This document shows, in pieces, positions 1-12,822 of a stretch of DNA of 64,000 bases. The notes under the pieces are model-generated. The model was not told the origin of the DNA. It saw nothing but the letters and a program-made list of their open reading frames with translations, and made no database searches. The stretch lies in assembly GCA_010356995.1 (NCBI GenBank), contig ML996689.1, positions 452,691 to 516,690 on the forward strand. Direction: 5' to 3'. The number at the start of each line of letters is the position of its first letter. Positions within the stretch are counted from its first letter, which is position 1. The position numbers and the translations under genes are program-made. This DNA is from Trichodelitschia bisporula. Taxonomy: Eukaryota.

Positions 1-829
1 TCAATGTTTAATGTGCATGACACGTCCCAAAAGTGCCAATCTCTTCACAACTCAGTCTGCAGGCAAAGAACGCCTCCATCATATCTCACTTCACGGCGCT
101 GTCCAATGTCGACTCAGTCAAGACGAACTGCTCCCAGCTTCCCAAACGGCCCCCAAATCCCAAGATCATGGGCCGCCATCAACCCCTTAGACCTAGCGCC
201 CGTCATCCGGCAACCACGGATCCTTGACCGGAAGGGCGAAGCCGTGATGTCCCAAAGCACCTTGAGCGAGGCGCCGGATTCCGAAGCAATGCGATTAATA
301 AACTGAATATTGATCATCGAAGTATCTCGCATGCAGGAGCGAGGATGGCCCCTTTTTCAATGTGCTGTTCCTGCAGCGCGCGCGATACAGCACCACTCGC
401 AGTCCTCGGACGTAGAGGTCCATTTCAATATTCATCGGCGGCGCGTTGCCCGTCAGCACTTGTGAGCAAAACAGGAGGCGTGAAACCAAGGACCCGGGAG
501 ATGATGAACCCCAAGCTGGTTCGGCTTGGCTGCCGACGGGCCGCTGTTCAGGCCCCTCGCTCTCTGGACCCTCGGTCAAGGGGGCCCCTTCCTGCACGTT
601 TTGCGGACTGGGGTAGCCATGACATTTTAGTATGCCCTTGGATTTTCTCCTGAACTTGAACGATTTCCAGTTGCGGCCTCTCTTCTGCATCGCTTTGGTT
701 GCACGAGCCGACGTTACATGTGGCGGACCTTGACAGCCACCAGAGTAACCTCCAAGCGCCGAACATGGGCAAATTAGGGGCCTTTCTTTCACGATGCATC
801 GCCTGTGATAGTGATGAGGGCGGAAACAG

Positions 830-1488
830 TGATGAGAACACTCTGCTGTATATATTCTGACTCAGACTCAGTATATATACAGTATATGGATCACGTGCGT
901 CACGAGCTCGCCCCTTAGGATCCGGGCTATGTAGCGATGGGTGTTGCATTCTGCAGCCTTCTGGGATATCCGGGGCACGCAACGATTGTCGACATGCTGC
1001 AGTGCGCGGTTCGGCGAGTCCATCGTTTGCTCAAGATGATGCGGAGCGTGGGGTTACTCAAGATGCTGCGGAGCCCGCGGTTCGGCCAGTGCGTCGATTG
1101 CTCAAAATACCTCCGTACTGCGGAGCGTAGGGTTGCTCAATATGCTGCTAAGCGCGCGGGGGTTACATTCGCTGCCTGCGGGTGCGCAACGGTTTTGTAC
1201 TCTACTTCTATTCTTGTCCCTCCATCCTCAAGCAAACATCTCGAATCAATCTCAAATCTTGCACTGGGAGGAGCCCTTGTGACAGATGAACCCCAATGGT
1301 CAGTTGAGTTGGTATACGCGTAGGGGTCTGGCTTCAGATCGGGTGGGAGGTTGGTGGGCAAGCTCAAAGAAGGTCGATAATGGCGATAGCCCGGCTCGTA
1401 ACCTGATGAGAACTCTAGAACTACTGTATATATTCTGACTCAGACTCAGTATATGCACAGTGTGTGGATTACGTGCGTTACGTCCTCG
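830..1488. repeat. Two ~80-bp direct repeats (830-910, 1404-1488) with internal hairpin, TGACTCA and TATA-like motifs; degenerate ~22-bp tandem repeats (995-1160) between them
   Basis: CTGTATATATTCTGACTCAGACTCAGTATAT occurs at 846 and 1424; the copies differ mostly by transitions. A GTTGCTCAAGATGCTGCGGAGC-like unit is repeated between them. Confidence 0.85.
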
Positions 1489-2130
1489 GCTAATACGCCA
1501 GTAAGCTAATGTGTGCGGACTCTCTATCTGAACCCCGAGACCATCTCTCAACAGATAGCGATCTGTCGGGTCAAAAGCTTGATGTCTGGTGCGAAGCTTG
1601 GTGTTATATAGTCCAGCGACTCCGCCTGAACTCCTTCATGCTCCGGGAACAGGCTCACGTAAACTAAATAGGTCGAGAGCTCCTAATCGTCTACGGATGT
1701 TGAGCTTGCATCCCGACTTCCCAAGAGCCGCTTACGTTCCACGCGGAGTATGAATAACGCCCCCACCAACTGCTTCGCACCAATCACACCCGGACCTCAG
1801 TGTCTCACGGCAAGGCTGAGCCACATCAGGCTGCGCGCAGGAAGCAAAGCTAACCCTGCGATCCAAGCGGCTTCCGACCTCGCAAATCACACGCGCGCCT
1901 CTCAGCCTCAAATCCCGTTTTCAATGGCACGGTGGCGCTAAGGCCGCCAACAGCGTCGAAAAATACCACCGGGAATATCACCGGCACCACGGAGACCATG
2001 GAGACCTCTCCGCTCATATACCACGCCATCGCGACCTCTCCCTTTCGTCCCGTCTTTTTGCCCTTCCCCACACTCTTTTGCCCCCTCTTTTGAGGACTTA
2101 ACCCACGTTCGTTGAGCATTTCCCCTCGTT

Positions 2131-3093
2131 ATGGCCACCCACGATGCCATGGGCCCGCGCGACCCGAAGCCTACCTCTGTTTACACCGCCGACGACGCTG
2201 CGTCCTCTGCGCCGGAGCACTACGAGGCGCCCGCGCTGCCGGAGGCGTACAACGCGCACGACCCTGCGCACTACCAGTACACACCCGTCGCGCATCCCAA
2301 CATGCAATGGGGCGCGTCGCCGCAGTATACGATGAGCCCGCCGCCGCAGATGGGCCCGCCGCTGTTTACGGAGAATAAAGGCTTCGTTGGACAAGACGGC
2401 CAGTATGCGCAGCTCGAACAACCGCAGAAGGGACACTGGAGCCGTGGATGGCGCTTCTGGGCACTGGTGGCCCTGGCTGGCGCGGTGATTATTGGTATGT
2501 CGGTGGGTGGGGCGGTGGGTGGTACTATGGCGGCGAGGAAGCATACGTGAGTGCGGTTGGATGAGTGTGGAGTTTTAGCTGAGTTGCGAAGCGTGTGTGC
2601 GGCCGGCGCAGCCCAGAACCAGACCGCGGCTCCAGCGACCAGCTGCAACGGGACGACCGACGCTGGCGCCGCTAGCCCTTCGTCAAGCACCGCACCAACG
2701 GGCACAGTCGACACGTCCTTCGCGGTGCCGACGCAGCAATGCGGAACGAACTACCAATCGCGCCTGCCGTGGGACACCAAGTCTGCGAAATTCAAGTTCA
2801 CCAAGTACTGCGGGCGCGACCTGACGGGCGGGATTCAGATCGCGCAAGGCTTTACTCACGGCTGGGACGACTGCATCGAGATGTGCGCCAGTCTGAATGT
2901 CTACCTCCCCCAGGCGAATATCACGGACCTCAATTGTACGGGCGCGGTGTACATCTCGGCGTGGAATGGGACGGCGAAGTACCCGCTTAGCAAGTTCCCG
3001 GTTAATTGCTTTGCGTCGACGTGTACTACGGTTACCGGGCCGGCGCATTCTGATGTCGCGGATTGGACGTATGCGGCGCTGATGACGAAGTGA
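2131..3093 (+). CDS. Single-pass membrane protein with Cys-rich PAN/apple-like C-terminal domain (intron 2547-2591)
   Basis: ORF 2131-2550 ends in a TM helix (FWALVALAGAVIIGMSVGGAVGG). A GTGAGT...GCTGAG...AAG intron joins it in frame to an ORF with F..YCG.D...WDDCIEMCAS.N...CTGAVY. Confidence 0.75.
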
Positions 3094-3437
3094 GGGGTAT
3101 GGGTTTGTGCTTGGGATACCCGCTCGACATTGTATGCGTTGCTTCGCTGGATGTTTTGGGGATGATCGGTCCGCCTAATGCTTGGGCATGGAGGAGAGAG
3201 CTTGGGAAGACGCCGAGGACTGGCGCGCTTGCCTCCATCGCAAAGATCCGTCCATGGTCTCTCGTTCTGGAGCAGGTTGGTTAGCATGGCTCAGTCGCTC
3301 GAGGTTAGCTCCGACGTTTACAGGAAATGCAACGCGTATCTACGCTTTTTCTCCATTGACGATCCCTAGAACCATTTTCCGCACTCGCCCTCGAACCATC
3401 TTACGCTTCTTGCCCAACAGCCTCGCCGCCACAGGAG

Positions 3438-4935
3438 CTAAATCTGCTCCCCCTCCAAAATCGGCCTCGCCTCCTCCGTCCGCCACCAACTCACCCCCTC
3501 TTTCCCAGGGAACTCATACCGCGCCATACTCTCCGGGCGAATCTCAACCGAATACCCCGGCTGCGTCGGCGTAACAAAGCACCCCTCAACAACCCTTGCC
3601 GGATACAAAAAATGCTCATGCAAATGATCCACATACTCCAGCAAACTCTTCCGTCCACTAACGACCACATAATCAATCGTACTCAGATGCGCCGTGTACT
3701 CCGGGAGCCCGACGCCGCCGGAGTGCGGCACGACCTGCACGCCGAACTTCGCGGCAAGGATGAGCACGGCGAGGACTTCGTTGACCCCTCCTAGGCGGCA
3801 GGCGTCGACTTGGCACACGTCGATGGCGCCGGCTTGCATTAGTTGCTTGAAGATCACCCGGTTGTGGCACATTTCTCCCGTTGCGACGCCGATGCCGAGG
3901 GGTGCGAGCGCCTTCCGTACCGCGGCATGGCCGAGGATATCGTCTGGTGAGGTGGGTTCTTCGATGAACCACGGCTTGTAGGGCGCGAGGGCCGTCATCC
4001 ACTCGATAGCCTCGGGGACGGACCAGATCTGGGGCCTCAGTTAGCAGGACACCAACTCTAGGAGCCCGAGGGGGGCGCACCTGGTTCGCATCCACCATAA
4101 GCACATTCCCCTCATCATACCCGAGCACGCGCCTCGCAATCTCCAACCTCTCCTTATCCGCCTCCAAACTCGTCCCAACCTTCAACTTAAAATGGCGATA
4201 CCCCTCCGCCCTCGTCTCCCTCAACAACTGCTCCATCTTCTCCCGCCCATACCCAATCCACCCCGCACTCGTCGTATACGCCGGCACGCCCTTATCCGCC
4301 CCCACCTCTGCCAACCTCTCCTCCCGGCCCTCGCGCGCCTTTTCCAACAACGCGATCGCCTCGGCGGGCGTCACGGCGTCGACAATGTACCGGAAATCTA
4401 TGCACCGGACTACTTCCTCGGGCGTCATGTCGGCGACCAGGCGCCACACGGGCTTGCCCTCGGTCTTGGCCCATAAATCCCATAAGGCGTTTACGACCGC
4501 GCCGAGCGCGAGGTGCATGACGCCCTTCTCCGGGCCTATCCAGCGCAATTGACTGTCGGCGACGAGGTGCCGCCAAGTGGCCCCCATGTTCGCGGTTAGG
4601 CTCTCTAGCGTGCGGTTGGTGATCCGGTGGGCGAGGAGGGGGATGGCGGCGCAGACGAGTTCGTTGCCGCGGCCGATGGTGAAGGACTAAGGTGGGGTTA
4701 GGGGCAGTGGGGTGGAGGTGGGAAAGGGAGGAAGACACACCATCCCATGCCCCTCAAACTCCCCATCCGTCTCAAGCACACAATACGCAGCGCTATAATC
4801 CCCCGCCGCATTCATAGCGTCCGAGCCCGTTTTGTCGAGCGACGTCTGCGGCTGTTACTATCACCCCGCCACGCACTCCAACCCACGTACCGGAAACCGA
4901 ACATCGCGCGTCTTGACGCCTGTGATTGTGACCAT
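3438..4935 (-). CDS. lgd1: L-galactonate dehydratase / ENOSF1-like enolase superfamily enzyme (introns 4846-4890, 4687-4740, 4029-4080)
   Basis: Spliced protein MVTITGVKTRDVRFP-TSLDKTGSDAMN...FTIGRGNE...WIGPEKGV...FKLKVG...DANQ...WFIEEPTSPDD...GEM...DACRLGGVNE...PHSGGVGL. Confidence 0.92.
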
Positions 4936-5330
4936 GGCTGCTCAGGGAGGGACGGTTCGATCAGCAGTGGGACACGAAGCGGAATACAAAGCGGGGTACA
5001 AAGAGGCAGCAGCCAATGGCCCAAACAGAGCCGCAAAGCTCTTTCTTATGTCCCCCCACCTCCACCCCTACCCCGCGCCCTGCCGAGCGGCCGAGGGGTC
5101 GCGGTCCGCGGGGTAGGGTAAGGCTCGGCCCGTGATAGGTGGAAGATTTAAGCTCTGGATGCAGGGCCGGGTGGATGCGGCGGTGGCCGGCGGCGGGGTG
5201 GCTGTGCGGGAGGCACGAGGCTGGAAGGGGTAGCTTATTCCCTCGTGGGTTATCGTTGGTCGAGGGCGCGGGGTACGGCCTGCGGGCGAGAGCGGACGGT
5301 CTAGATGCGGCTGACGTTGGAGGGGGTGTA

Positions 5331-5526
5331 GATATCACGTGTAGCGTAGAGGCTGGATATTGCTCCCTGTCTCGCGGGTAACGTCTTGCGAGCTCGAACG
5401 CGCGGTGATGAAGATATCACGTGTGACTGTGCATATTGCTTCATATCGCGCGGGTAACGTCCACTACATAGCCGGCATCGTGAAGGTGTGTATTGCTTCC
5501 CTTTCTTGCAGGTAACCCATTACCCG
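5331..5526. repeat. Three imperfect ~78-bp tandem units upstream of lgd1 containing CACGTG and CGGGTAA motifs
   Basis: GATATCACGTGT...ATATTGCT...CGCGGGTAACGTC at 5331-5385 and 5413-5461; partial third unit at 5491-5517. Confidence 0.7.
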
Positions 5527-5721
5527 GCATCGCGTCCAGCAAGCACGGTACGACGCAACTCAGCCCAGACATCACAGAACAGCCGTAAAACTCCCCTATC
5601 CGCCCAAAAAAGCACCCAAACGCCGCCGCAGAAAACTCCCAAACTTCAACCCCGCCGCCAAAGAAAAAGGAGAAAGCCACCTCATCCCCACCTCATAATC
5701 CCCACCTCATAACCCCCCCCA

Positions 5722-6630
5722 TCATCTCCCCCCAACCCTCTTCCCCCACCACCCCCTCCTCCCCATCCCCATCCCCACACTCCCAATCCCAATCCCCCTA
5801 ACCTGCGGCGCCGGTCCCCCCATCCCAAGGATAACCTCGCCCCTCAACCCCCTCAATCCCCTGCTCCTGTTCCCCGCGCCCTCAGCCCGCATCTGCCCCA
5901 TCATGAAGTCCCACCCCTGACTCTCATAGTACATGGCCGTATCCGGATCCCGCATGCACATCTCGCGGTACAGGCGCTGAGCCCTCGCCCGTTGCGCCGC
6001 CGCCTCGCCGACAAGCGCGGGGTCCTCAAGCGGGCTCGCGGGCGCCGCAGCGGGGGAAACGGCAGGCGCCGCCACACCACCCGCACCTGCGCCACCCGTC
6101 GCCACGGCCGGACCCGCTCCCGACCCCGCTCTCGCCGTCGTCGCCGGCGCTGCTTCCACCACCGGCGCCTGCACCAAACTTGTCGCACTCAAACTGCCCC
6201 CACTGTTCCCATAAATACCCCCCACAAGCCCGCTCAGCAACTCGGCCGCCGCACTCCCACCCACGCGCTCCATGCGCCGGCGGGCCACATTCTCATACTG
6301 CCTGCTGTGGCCCGAGCGCGCGGTGGTCCAGTGCGGGATGTGATACGAGTGGAGGGCGAGGGGGTCGCGGGAGGGGGAGGAGCGGAGGGGGGTAAACCCT
6401 GGAGCGAATTCCTGGGAGGGGAGGCCGCGGGGAGTGGGGTTGCTTCGGTTGCGGTTATGGCTGGTGGTTGGGGGGAGGAGGGGCGCGTGCAGCGTGTAGG
6501 GCGGGGCTTCGGAGTGGTAGCTGGGTGCGGAGGAGATTATGGAGGCGGTTTCGGAGGGGTCGTCGGGGTTGCGGGGGGGTGTGTAGACGGGGAGGGGTTC
6601 GGTGGTGGGGGTTTCGAGGGTGAAAGGCAT
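5722..6630 (-). CDS. Hypothetical fungal protein (302 aa, PPxY motif, Ala/Gly-rich)
   Basis: Intronless ORF with ATG start; contains SIISSAPSYHSEAPPY and LEDPALVGEAAA...YYESQGWDFM blocks that look protein-like. Confidence 0.7.
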   Translation of the reverse strand: MPFTLETPTTEPLPVYTPPRNPDDPSETASIISSAPSYHSEAPPYTLHAPLLPPTTSHNRNRSNPTPRGLPSQEFAPGFTPLRSSPSRDPLALHSYHIPHWTTARSGHSRQYENVARRRMERVGGSAAAELLSGLVGGIYGNSGGSLSATSLVQAPVVEAAPATTARAGSGAGPAVATGGAGAGGVAAPAVSPAAAPASPLEDPALVGEAAAQRARAQRLYREMCMRDPDTAMYYESQGWDFMMGQMRAEGAGNRSRGLRGLRGEVILGMGGPAPQVRGIGIGSVGMGMGRRGWWGKRVGGR

Positions 6631-6641
6631 CGTGAGCGAGA

Positions 6642-6956
6642 TGCTGGAGCTGGAGCTGGAGCTTAAGCTAGAGCAGGAGCTGAAGACGGAGCTAGAGCTG
6701 AGGTTGTGTGCTGGGTAGGTAGACAGTCAGATCGACAGAGGGCCCGAGTACGTTCAAGACGTCTCGTCGTTATGGAGGATAAGGTCGGGTCTGTGGAAAC
6801 CGAAGCCGGAGCTGGAGCTGGAACTGAAGCCGGAGCTGGAGCTGGAACTGAAGCCGGAGCTGGAGCTGGAACTGAAGCCGGAGCTGGAGCTGAGCTGGAG
6901 CTGAAACAGAAGCTGGAGCTGGAGCTGAGCTGGAGCTGGAACAGAAGCTGGAGCTG
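6642..6956. repeat. GCTGGA hexamer minisatellite with 24-bp higher-order unit
   Basis: GAAGCCGGAGCTGGAGCTGGAACT repeated about 4 times from 6802, with flanking GCTGGA runs; probably the 5' UTR of the minus-strand gene. Confidence 0.85.
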
Positions 6957-7609
6957 TGCTTCCGGAGAGGTGTGCGGCCGATGTGTGAAGCGAAAGTAGC
7001 TAGAGGATCTCCAGAGGCACCGTTGCTCTGAAGGATCAGATCGTATAGGCGTGAGGAGCCGTAACCGTAGATGAGGTTGTATCGCCGTCGCTGAAGCTAT
7101 GAAGCTATCGCTGTGTGCCGGTACCGTTCGTGGCCTCGTACGTCCAACCTGCGTGGTGTGGGGTGCGGGGTAGAGCTGCGTTCCTTGCTCACTCTCGTCG
7201 TCACGTCCTATCTCAATCCTACTCAAAAGAATCCCACAAACAATGCAGTACTCTCAAAAATCACCGCCAAACTTCAGCCGCAAAAAAAAAAAAACCCGGA
7301 GGAGAACGAAGTTCCCGCAATCGACGTGGCCACGCGGCGCCTGATATGCACTTCGGCGGATAACACGCCCACTCCCCTTCCCCTCCACACTAGCCACCCA
7401 CACCTGTCCCACCATGCATTATTGTCTCCACTGCCCGCCCATCCAACCGCACCCCGGACCCCAAGCCACAGATCCATGCTGCCCAGTCGCGTTGCATGGC
7501 TGCGCCTCTGGGCTGGGCTCGGCCTCTGTGGGTGGGCGGGTGCCAAGGGAGGGATTTGGAGATGGTGGGTGGTGGGCGAGACACGGGGCACGCGACTTGG
7601 GATGGGTTT

Positions 7610-7653
7610 GGGGGGGGGGGGGGGGGGGGGGGGGCGGGGGGGGGGGGGGGGGG
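7610..7653. repeat. Poly-G tract (44 nt, one C)
   Basis: Directly visible. Confidence 0.95.
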
Positions 7654-9068
7654 AGTGGTTTCGTCACGGGGAGGGGAGGAGAGGAAGAGAGAGAGGGAGG
7701 GGAGATGTGTGGATGCTTGCTGCGCCGGAGCGTGGTGCAGCGGCGCCGGTGCGGTGCCGGCCGCGTGCGACGGGTTACGTACTGGATGATGGCAAGGCGG
7801 GGAACAGTGGAGGAGTGTGGAGAACAAGAGGGGAAGCCGAGCAGAGCTGAGCGAGCCGAGCAAGCTGAGCCCGAGAAGAGGAGCTGAAGCAGCAAGAGGT
7901 AAGGATAAGAATGTAGGGACGCAAGGGACGTAATCCTTCTCTTACTCTCTCCGACGCGATTAGCAACAGCATACAGTTAAAGCGAGAGATTCCTTCGCAA
8001 GTTACGCGGTCAAGAAAAGGACAAGCGAAGCCCAAGAGACTCAAGGCGGACCCCGCAGTTGAGCACGGCACAGCCACACGCGACCCGACCGGGGCGGGGC
8101 ACATCGGCCCAGGGCTCATCGAAAAAAAAAAAAGTCATGTCCGCCCCGGCGAACTGGACCTCTGCCAAATTTTGGAGAGAGAAAGACACGACTTTTTGCG
8201 GGCCGCTATCGATTGGCGTTGCTCCTCTCCTGCTCATGACTTGGGCCTTGCAGGCTGTGTCTGCTGAGCCAAGTTGGTTTTAATATCTCAAACACACCAA
8301 AGACAAGATCAAGACATGATCAAGATAAGACCAAGACACAATCCACGTCTGCCGAGCCCGTTGGCGAATTTCAGCTTCCGAGGAACCTCTTTGCTCCCGA
8401 CGTTGTGGACTGCAGGTGGAGATGCGGTGGAGCAATACAAGCAGCAAGGAAAGCATGTCGCACATGTAACGCCGGAAAATGGTGTGTGGCGGTGGATCCC
8501 TCTTCTGTCTCTCTGGTCATGCATTAGTTGCATTCTCCGGGGTAAAGTACCATAGAAACACATGCTCATCCCGCATCCTCATCACTGCAACCCTCCTCAA
8601 AGCCAGTATTCGGCCCGAAACACCACGCGGCTCGGGAGACATCTCCGGGTTCACGAGCCACGAAGCTTCTGAACTCAGAAAACGGGGCCGTCTAGCCGAT
8701 GAGCGTGGCCCACCCACATGGGGATCCACTGTACCACCTATTCCTGGTATCTGATGTCGTCATGTGCGATTCCCGGCAATACCCGCTGTGACGCCCAACG
8801 GAACAAGAGGCGGAGGTTCTCCCGGCTGGTAACCGACCAACGTCATCAGCTGCCGTGCAACGCAACACAGCCCTGAAGTCGCAGCAAACGCCCGTCTCGG
8901 CTAAGGAGGCGAATTGTACATGCCCACACAGGGCTTCTATCTCTACGGAGTAGATACGCCATTCCCCGCGTCTATTCAGTTAACGCCAAACGCCTCACGC
9001 CTCACGCCTCACGGCTCGTCGTACACCCAGCATAAAAAGCAGCAGACATCTCACATCCCTCGTCACAT

Positions 9069-10122
9069 CTACTCCAACCCCCCCATCAACTCTCTCCTAA
9101 CCCCCGAATTAACCACCCCCCCCACCCCAAAAGCCGGCACAATCCTCCCCACCCTCGCCAACACACTAACCCCCCATGCCCCCCTCACCCTCCTCCACCG
9201 CCCCCCCACCCCCTCCCCCCCCGCCCTATTATACCAATCCAACCCGAGCAAATGCATCGGCGTACTCACCACCTGCACCGCCGCCGGCGCTATGAACTGC
9301 GCCACGCTCTCGGGTCTCCACCCTGTCACCTGCCTCAATCCCAGCGGCACGTAGGGCGCCAGCAGCGGGGGGAGGTTGAACGAGGCGCCGATGGTCAGAC
9401 AGTCCCGCAGTGTGAAGAGCGCATATGTAGCCGGCGGGAGGGCCCGGGGGGAGGATAGTCCGAAGAGACGTGTGAAGTGGGTGTCTTTCCACAGGCACAG
9501 CGCGAGGTTGGCGGAGGATGTGGCGAGGAATTTGGGGGCGCCGAAGGTTACGGTGCTGGGCGGGGAGGGGCCGAGGGTCGAGGAGAGGGTGTCGACGGTG
9601 TTGGCGGTTAGGTAGGTGCCGGTGTACAGCGTCTGCGCTATCAGCCAATTCCTTCTTCTGAGGGGAAGACCACACATACGAAGACTAGCGCGAAGGGCTT
9701 GCTGAACACGAAGGCGTGCGGCCGTGTTAGGAGCAGGCGGAGGCTGGCGATGACGCTGGCGCCGAGGGTGCGCGTGCCGGATGCATTTTCGATTATGCCC
9801 CTATGTGCCTGGGTTAGTTTGTGGGGTTTGATATGTGTGGGGGAGGGAAGGGGAGGCAGCCGCACCGGTCTATAACCGTAATAACAGGCGCAACGAGCAC
9901 GCCCGCACACGCCGCGGCTGCTATATCAGCCGTGACGCGCGCGGGGAGGTGCGCGGTGTTATACCCGCGTGTCTGCGGCATCGTCGCGGCAGTCGCGGGG
10001 AGAGCCGCGGGGATGAGTGGCCGGGCGGGGAGTGCTCCGATGGGGAGTGGCCCAGCGGGGGAGGGCGGGAGGGCGAGGGACGGATTGAGAGTGCCCGTGG
10101 GGGGAGGGCGCGCGTCGGTCAT
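9069..10122 (-). CDS. Conserved fungal mitochondrial-carrier-like membrane protein (S. pombe C365.16-like); introns 9801-9865, 9633-9679
   Basis: Spliced ADIAAAACAGVLVAPVITVIDR-GIIENASG...TYLTANTVDT...LFTLRDCLTIGASFNLP...QVVSTPMHLLGLD...RIVPAFGVGGVVN. Confidence 0.8.
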
Positions 10123-10761
10123 CGTGCACTCGTACGGCGGGGCATTGAGGCGGGGTAGGAAGGTGGGATGGCGGAGGAGGGGTTGGAGGGGAGGAGATGG
10201 AGTGAGGTTGTCAGCGCTTCACCGCGATTTTGCACGCAGCCTCGCACCACCGCGCGCAGGCCTGGCGCGCCGTTTTGTGCATTATGCGGGCGGACGGCCG
10301 GCCGATGTCGGCGCCGGGGCGCATTGTCAGCGCGTTAAAGTTGTAGCTGCCCGCAACCGCAAATACGCCTGAAAATACCGGCTGCGAGTTTCCTGGGGGT
10401 ACTTGGACCCAAGGTAAAGGGTTCCGAGGCGCCGGCTAGCGTCGGACGAACGTCCGGCGTTAATGATTTTTACTTCGGCGCCGGAAAGTACGATAATAGG
10501 TCGCCTGCAACGCCCGCTGGTATATTCAATGCGGACGGCTGGTCTACATGCTAGTAATAATGCTCGCTCCCGCCCGATGCTGTATGCTACAAATCTATGC
10601 ACTGAGGCCAGGTCTGTCGACCGTCCTTCCATCCAGCTCTAGAGACTGTCCTCCTAACCAGCCCCAGAGGCTGTCCTACCCCCAAGGTATAAGCCTGCCC
10701 TATGTACCTCCAAGCTATAGAGGCTATCCGCCTCAGCTCTATGCACCGTCCTACCTCGCAC

Positions 10762-12528
10762 CTATAGACTGTCCTCGCGCCAACGACTCCTGACCCGCTG
10801 CCAACTCTGCATCTCCTCCTTCCCACCCTTATCCTCAAGCCCCATCCCCCGCTCAATCCACTCCCGACTCCCCATCTCACTAAGTCGGCTCAGCGCCCGC
10901 GCAAACGCAAACCGCTCCTCGTCGCCCGTGAACAAGCTCGAGTTCTTAAGCATCGACATGTTCATCCCTAGATCGTCCATCAGGCTGCGCATCACGTCGC
11001 TGACGTCGTGGTGTTCGTCGCCTTCGGGGATTTCGCCCTTGGCTTGGCCGGAGTGCATGGCTTCGTCCATTTCGTTGCGCGAGAGGAAGAGGCTGGTTAG
11101 CGGGACCGCGCTGGTCATTACGAGTTTGGCCTATGGGGATTAGCAGGGTTGGGGGAGAGGGGAGGGGGGGGGGGGGGGGGTTACCCGGCTCTCGTACACG
11201 GCGTCAATGAACGTGATAAATCGCCGTGCCAGATCTCGCGACTTGTGGTCCATGCCCGGGACCTCGGTGATGACAAACGCCTCGTAGCTGCGCATGAGCT
11301 CGAGGTAATCCGCGGCGCCCGTGGCGCGGCCAATCAGCTCGTCAAACGAGAACATAGCGGCCTTGCCGCTCGCCCTTGGGACATGAATCTCACGGCCCCA
11401 GACCTTATGCGTAGCCGTGTGGGGCGGATCGCCCTCGAAGTCGCCGAGAAAGCGGAACCACTTCTCGGCATGTGTTTTGGCTGCGTTGTTCAGCGGGTGG
11501 TGGTAGACGCCCGAGGGCGGGCGCGGGATCTTGCGGTAGTCGGTGGAGGAGTCGAGGTTGATGACGCGGAGGCGGTCTTTGAGCAGGTTTATACACGGGA
11601 TGAAGGACTGGCGCTGGATACCATTGCGGTACAAGTCGTCCGGGTGGCGATTCGAAGTCGTGACCATGACGACGCCATGCGCCATAAGCGATTCGCACAA
11701 GCGCCGCAAGATCATAGCGTCCGCGACGTCGGTGCACTGGAACTCGTCGAAGCAGAGCACGCTACTGCGCTCCGCGATCTGCGCCGCCACGAAGGGGACG
11801 CCATCCATGTCGTTCCCGTACTGCTGCTTTATCTTGTGCAGATCGCGGTGCACCTCCTGCATGAAGTTATGGAAGTGGATCCGCAGCTTCGACGTAATAT
11901 TCGGCGGCAGCGTCTCGTAGAACAGATCCATCATCATCGTCTTCCCCGACCCTACATCGCCGTACATGTAAATGCCGCGCGGCGTGGAGGACGGGATGTC
12001 AAACGCCGTCTTGGCCTCGCTCTTGCGCCCGAAGAGCCCTCCCAGGAATGACTTCTTCGCTGGCTGCAGCGACTCGATTGACGGGTGCTCCACCGGCCGT
12101 GGCTTGTATCGCGCCAGCGTGTCGTGCAGATCCTGCAGGTCCTGGATGATAGCGCGCTGGTGCTCGTCGTCGCGCAGTCGACCCGACGCCACGCGGTCGT
12201 CGTATTCCTGGAGCGGGCCGTGAGAGGTCGGCACGCTGGGTGCGCTTCTTGAAACGGTTGAACTGGCTAGGTGCGGTCAGCCATGCGCCGAGGCATATAC
12301 TGAGTTGGATAACGAACCATGGCTGCTTAGAGATTGCGCGTGAACGCGCGACGGGCGCGCAGGACGCGCACTTGTGCGCTGGAGGCCATTCAACAATGGC
12401 CATGTTGCGAGCGCAGACAGCGAACGGTGGGCGTGAAGTGGGGCGAATGGCGGGAGGGGTCTCAGCCCCGCAGAGGGGGGCGGGCAGAGAGTGGCGCGCA
12501 GGGCGCGGCGGGTGAGAGGCGATGTCAT
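10762..12528 (-). CDS. AFG1: Mitochondrial AFG1/LACE1-family ATPase (introns 12267-12317, 11131-11184)
   Basis: Arg-rich presequence, Walker A GDVGSGKT, LCFDEFQCTDVADAMIL, TSNRHPDDLYRNGIQR, ARRFITFIDAVYE, EERFAFARALSRL. Confidence 0.95.
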
Positions 12529-12822
12529 CGTGGAGAGCGGGGAGCGCAGGAGAGGTTGTAGCTCATGGCAGAGCGAGGGAGGTGTAAATGCGAGGGGAAG
12601 AAGAGGAGTGTTGGTGGCGGTTGTGAATGACTTCGGGGATGTAAACGAGAAGAGCTTCCGCTTCGGGGTCTGCCGATTGCGACTTCGGCTGCTTCCAAGG
12701 CCTATTTCAGGCAAACAAGGCACGGAGGCCTGTAGAAAAGATAACTACTGCCTATGCCCGCAAAGACACACGGGCTAGACGGCCACAACTTTTCCACGTG
12801 GACCTCGGGAGCCCCTCGGGCT

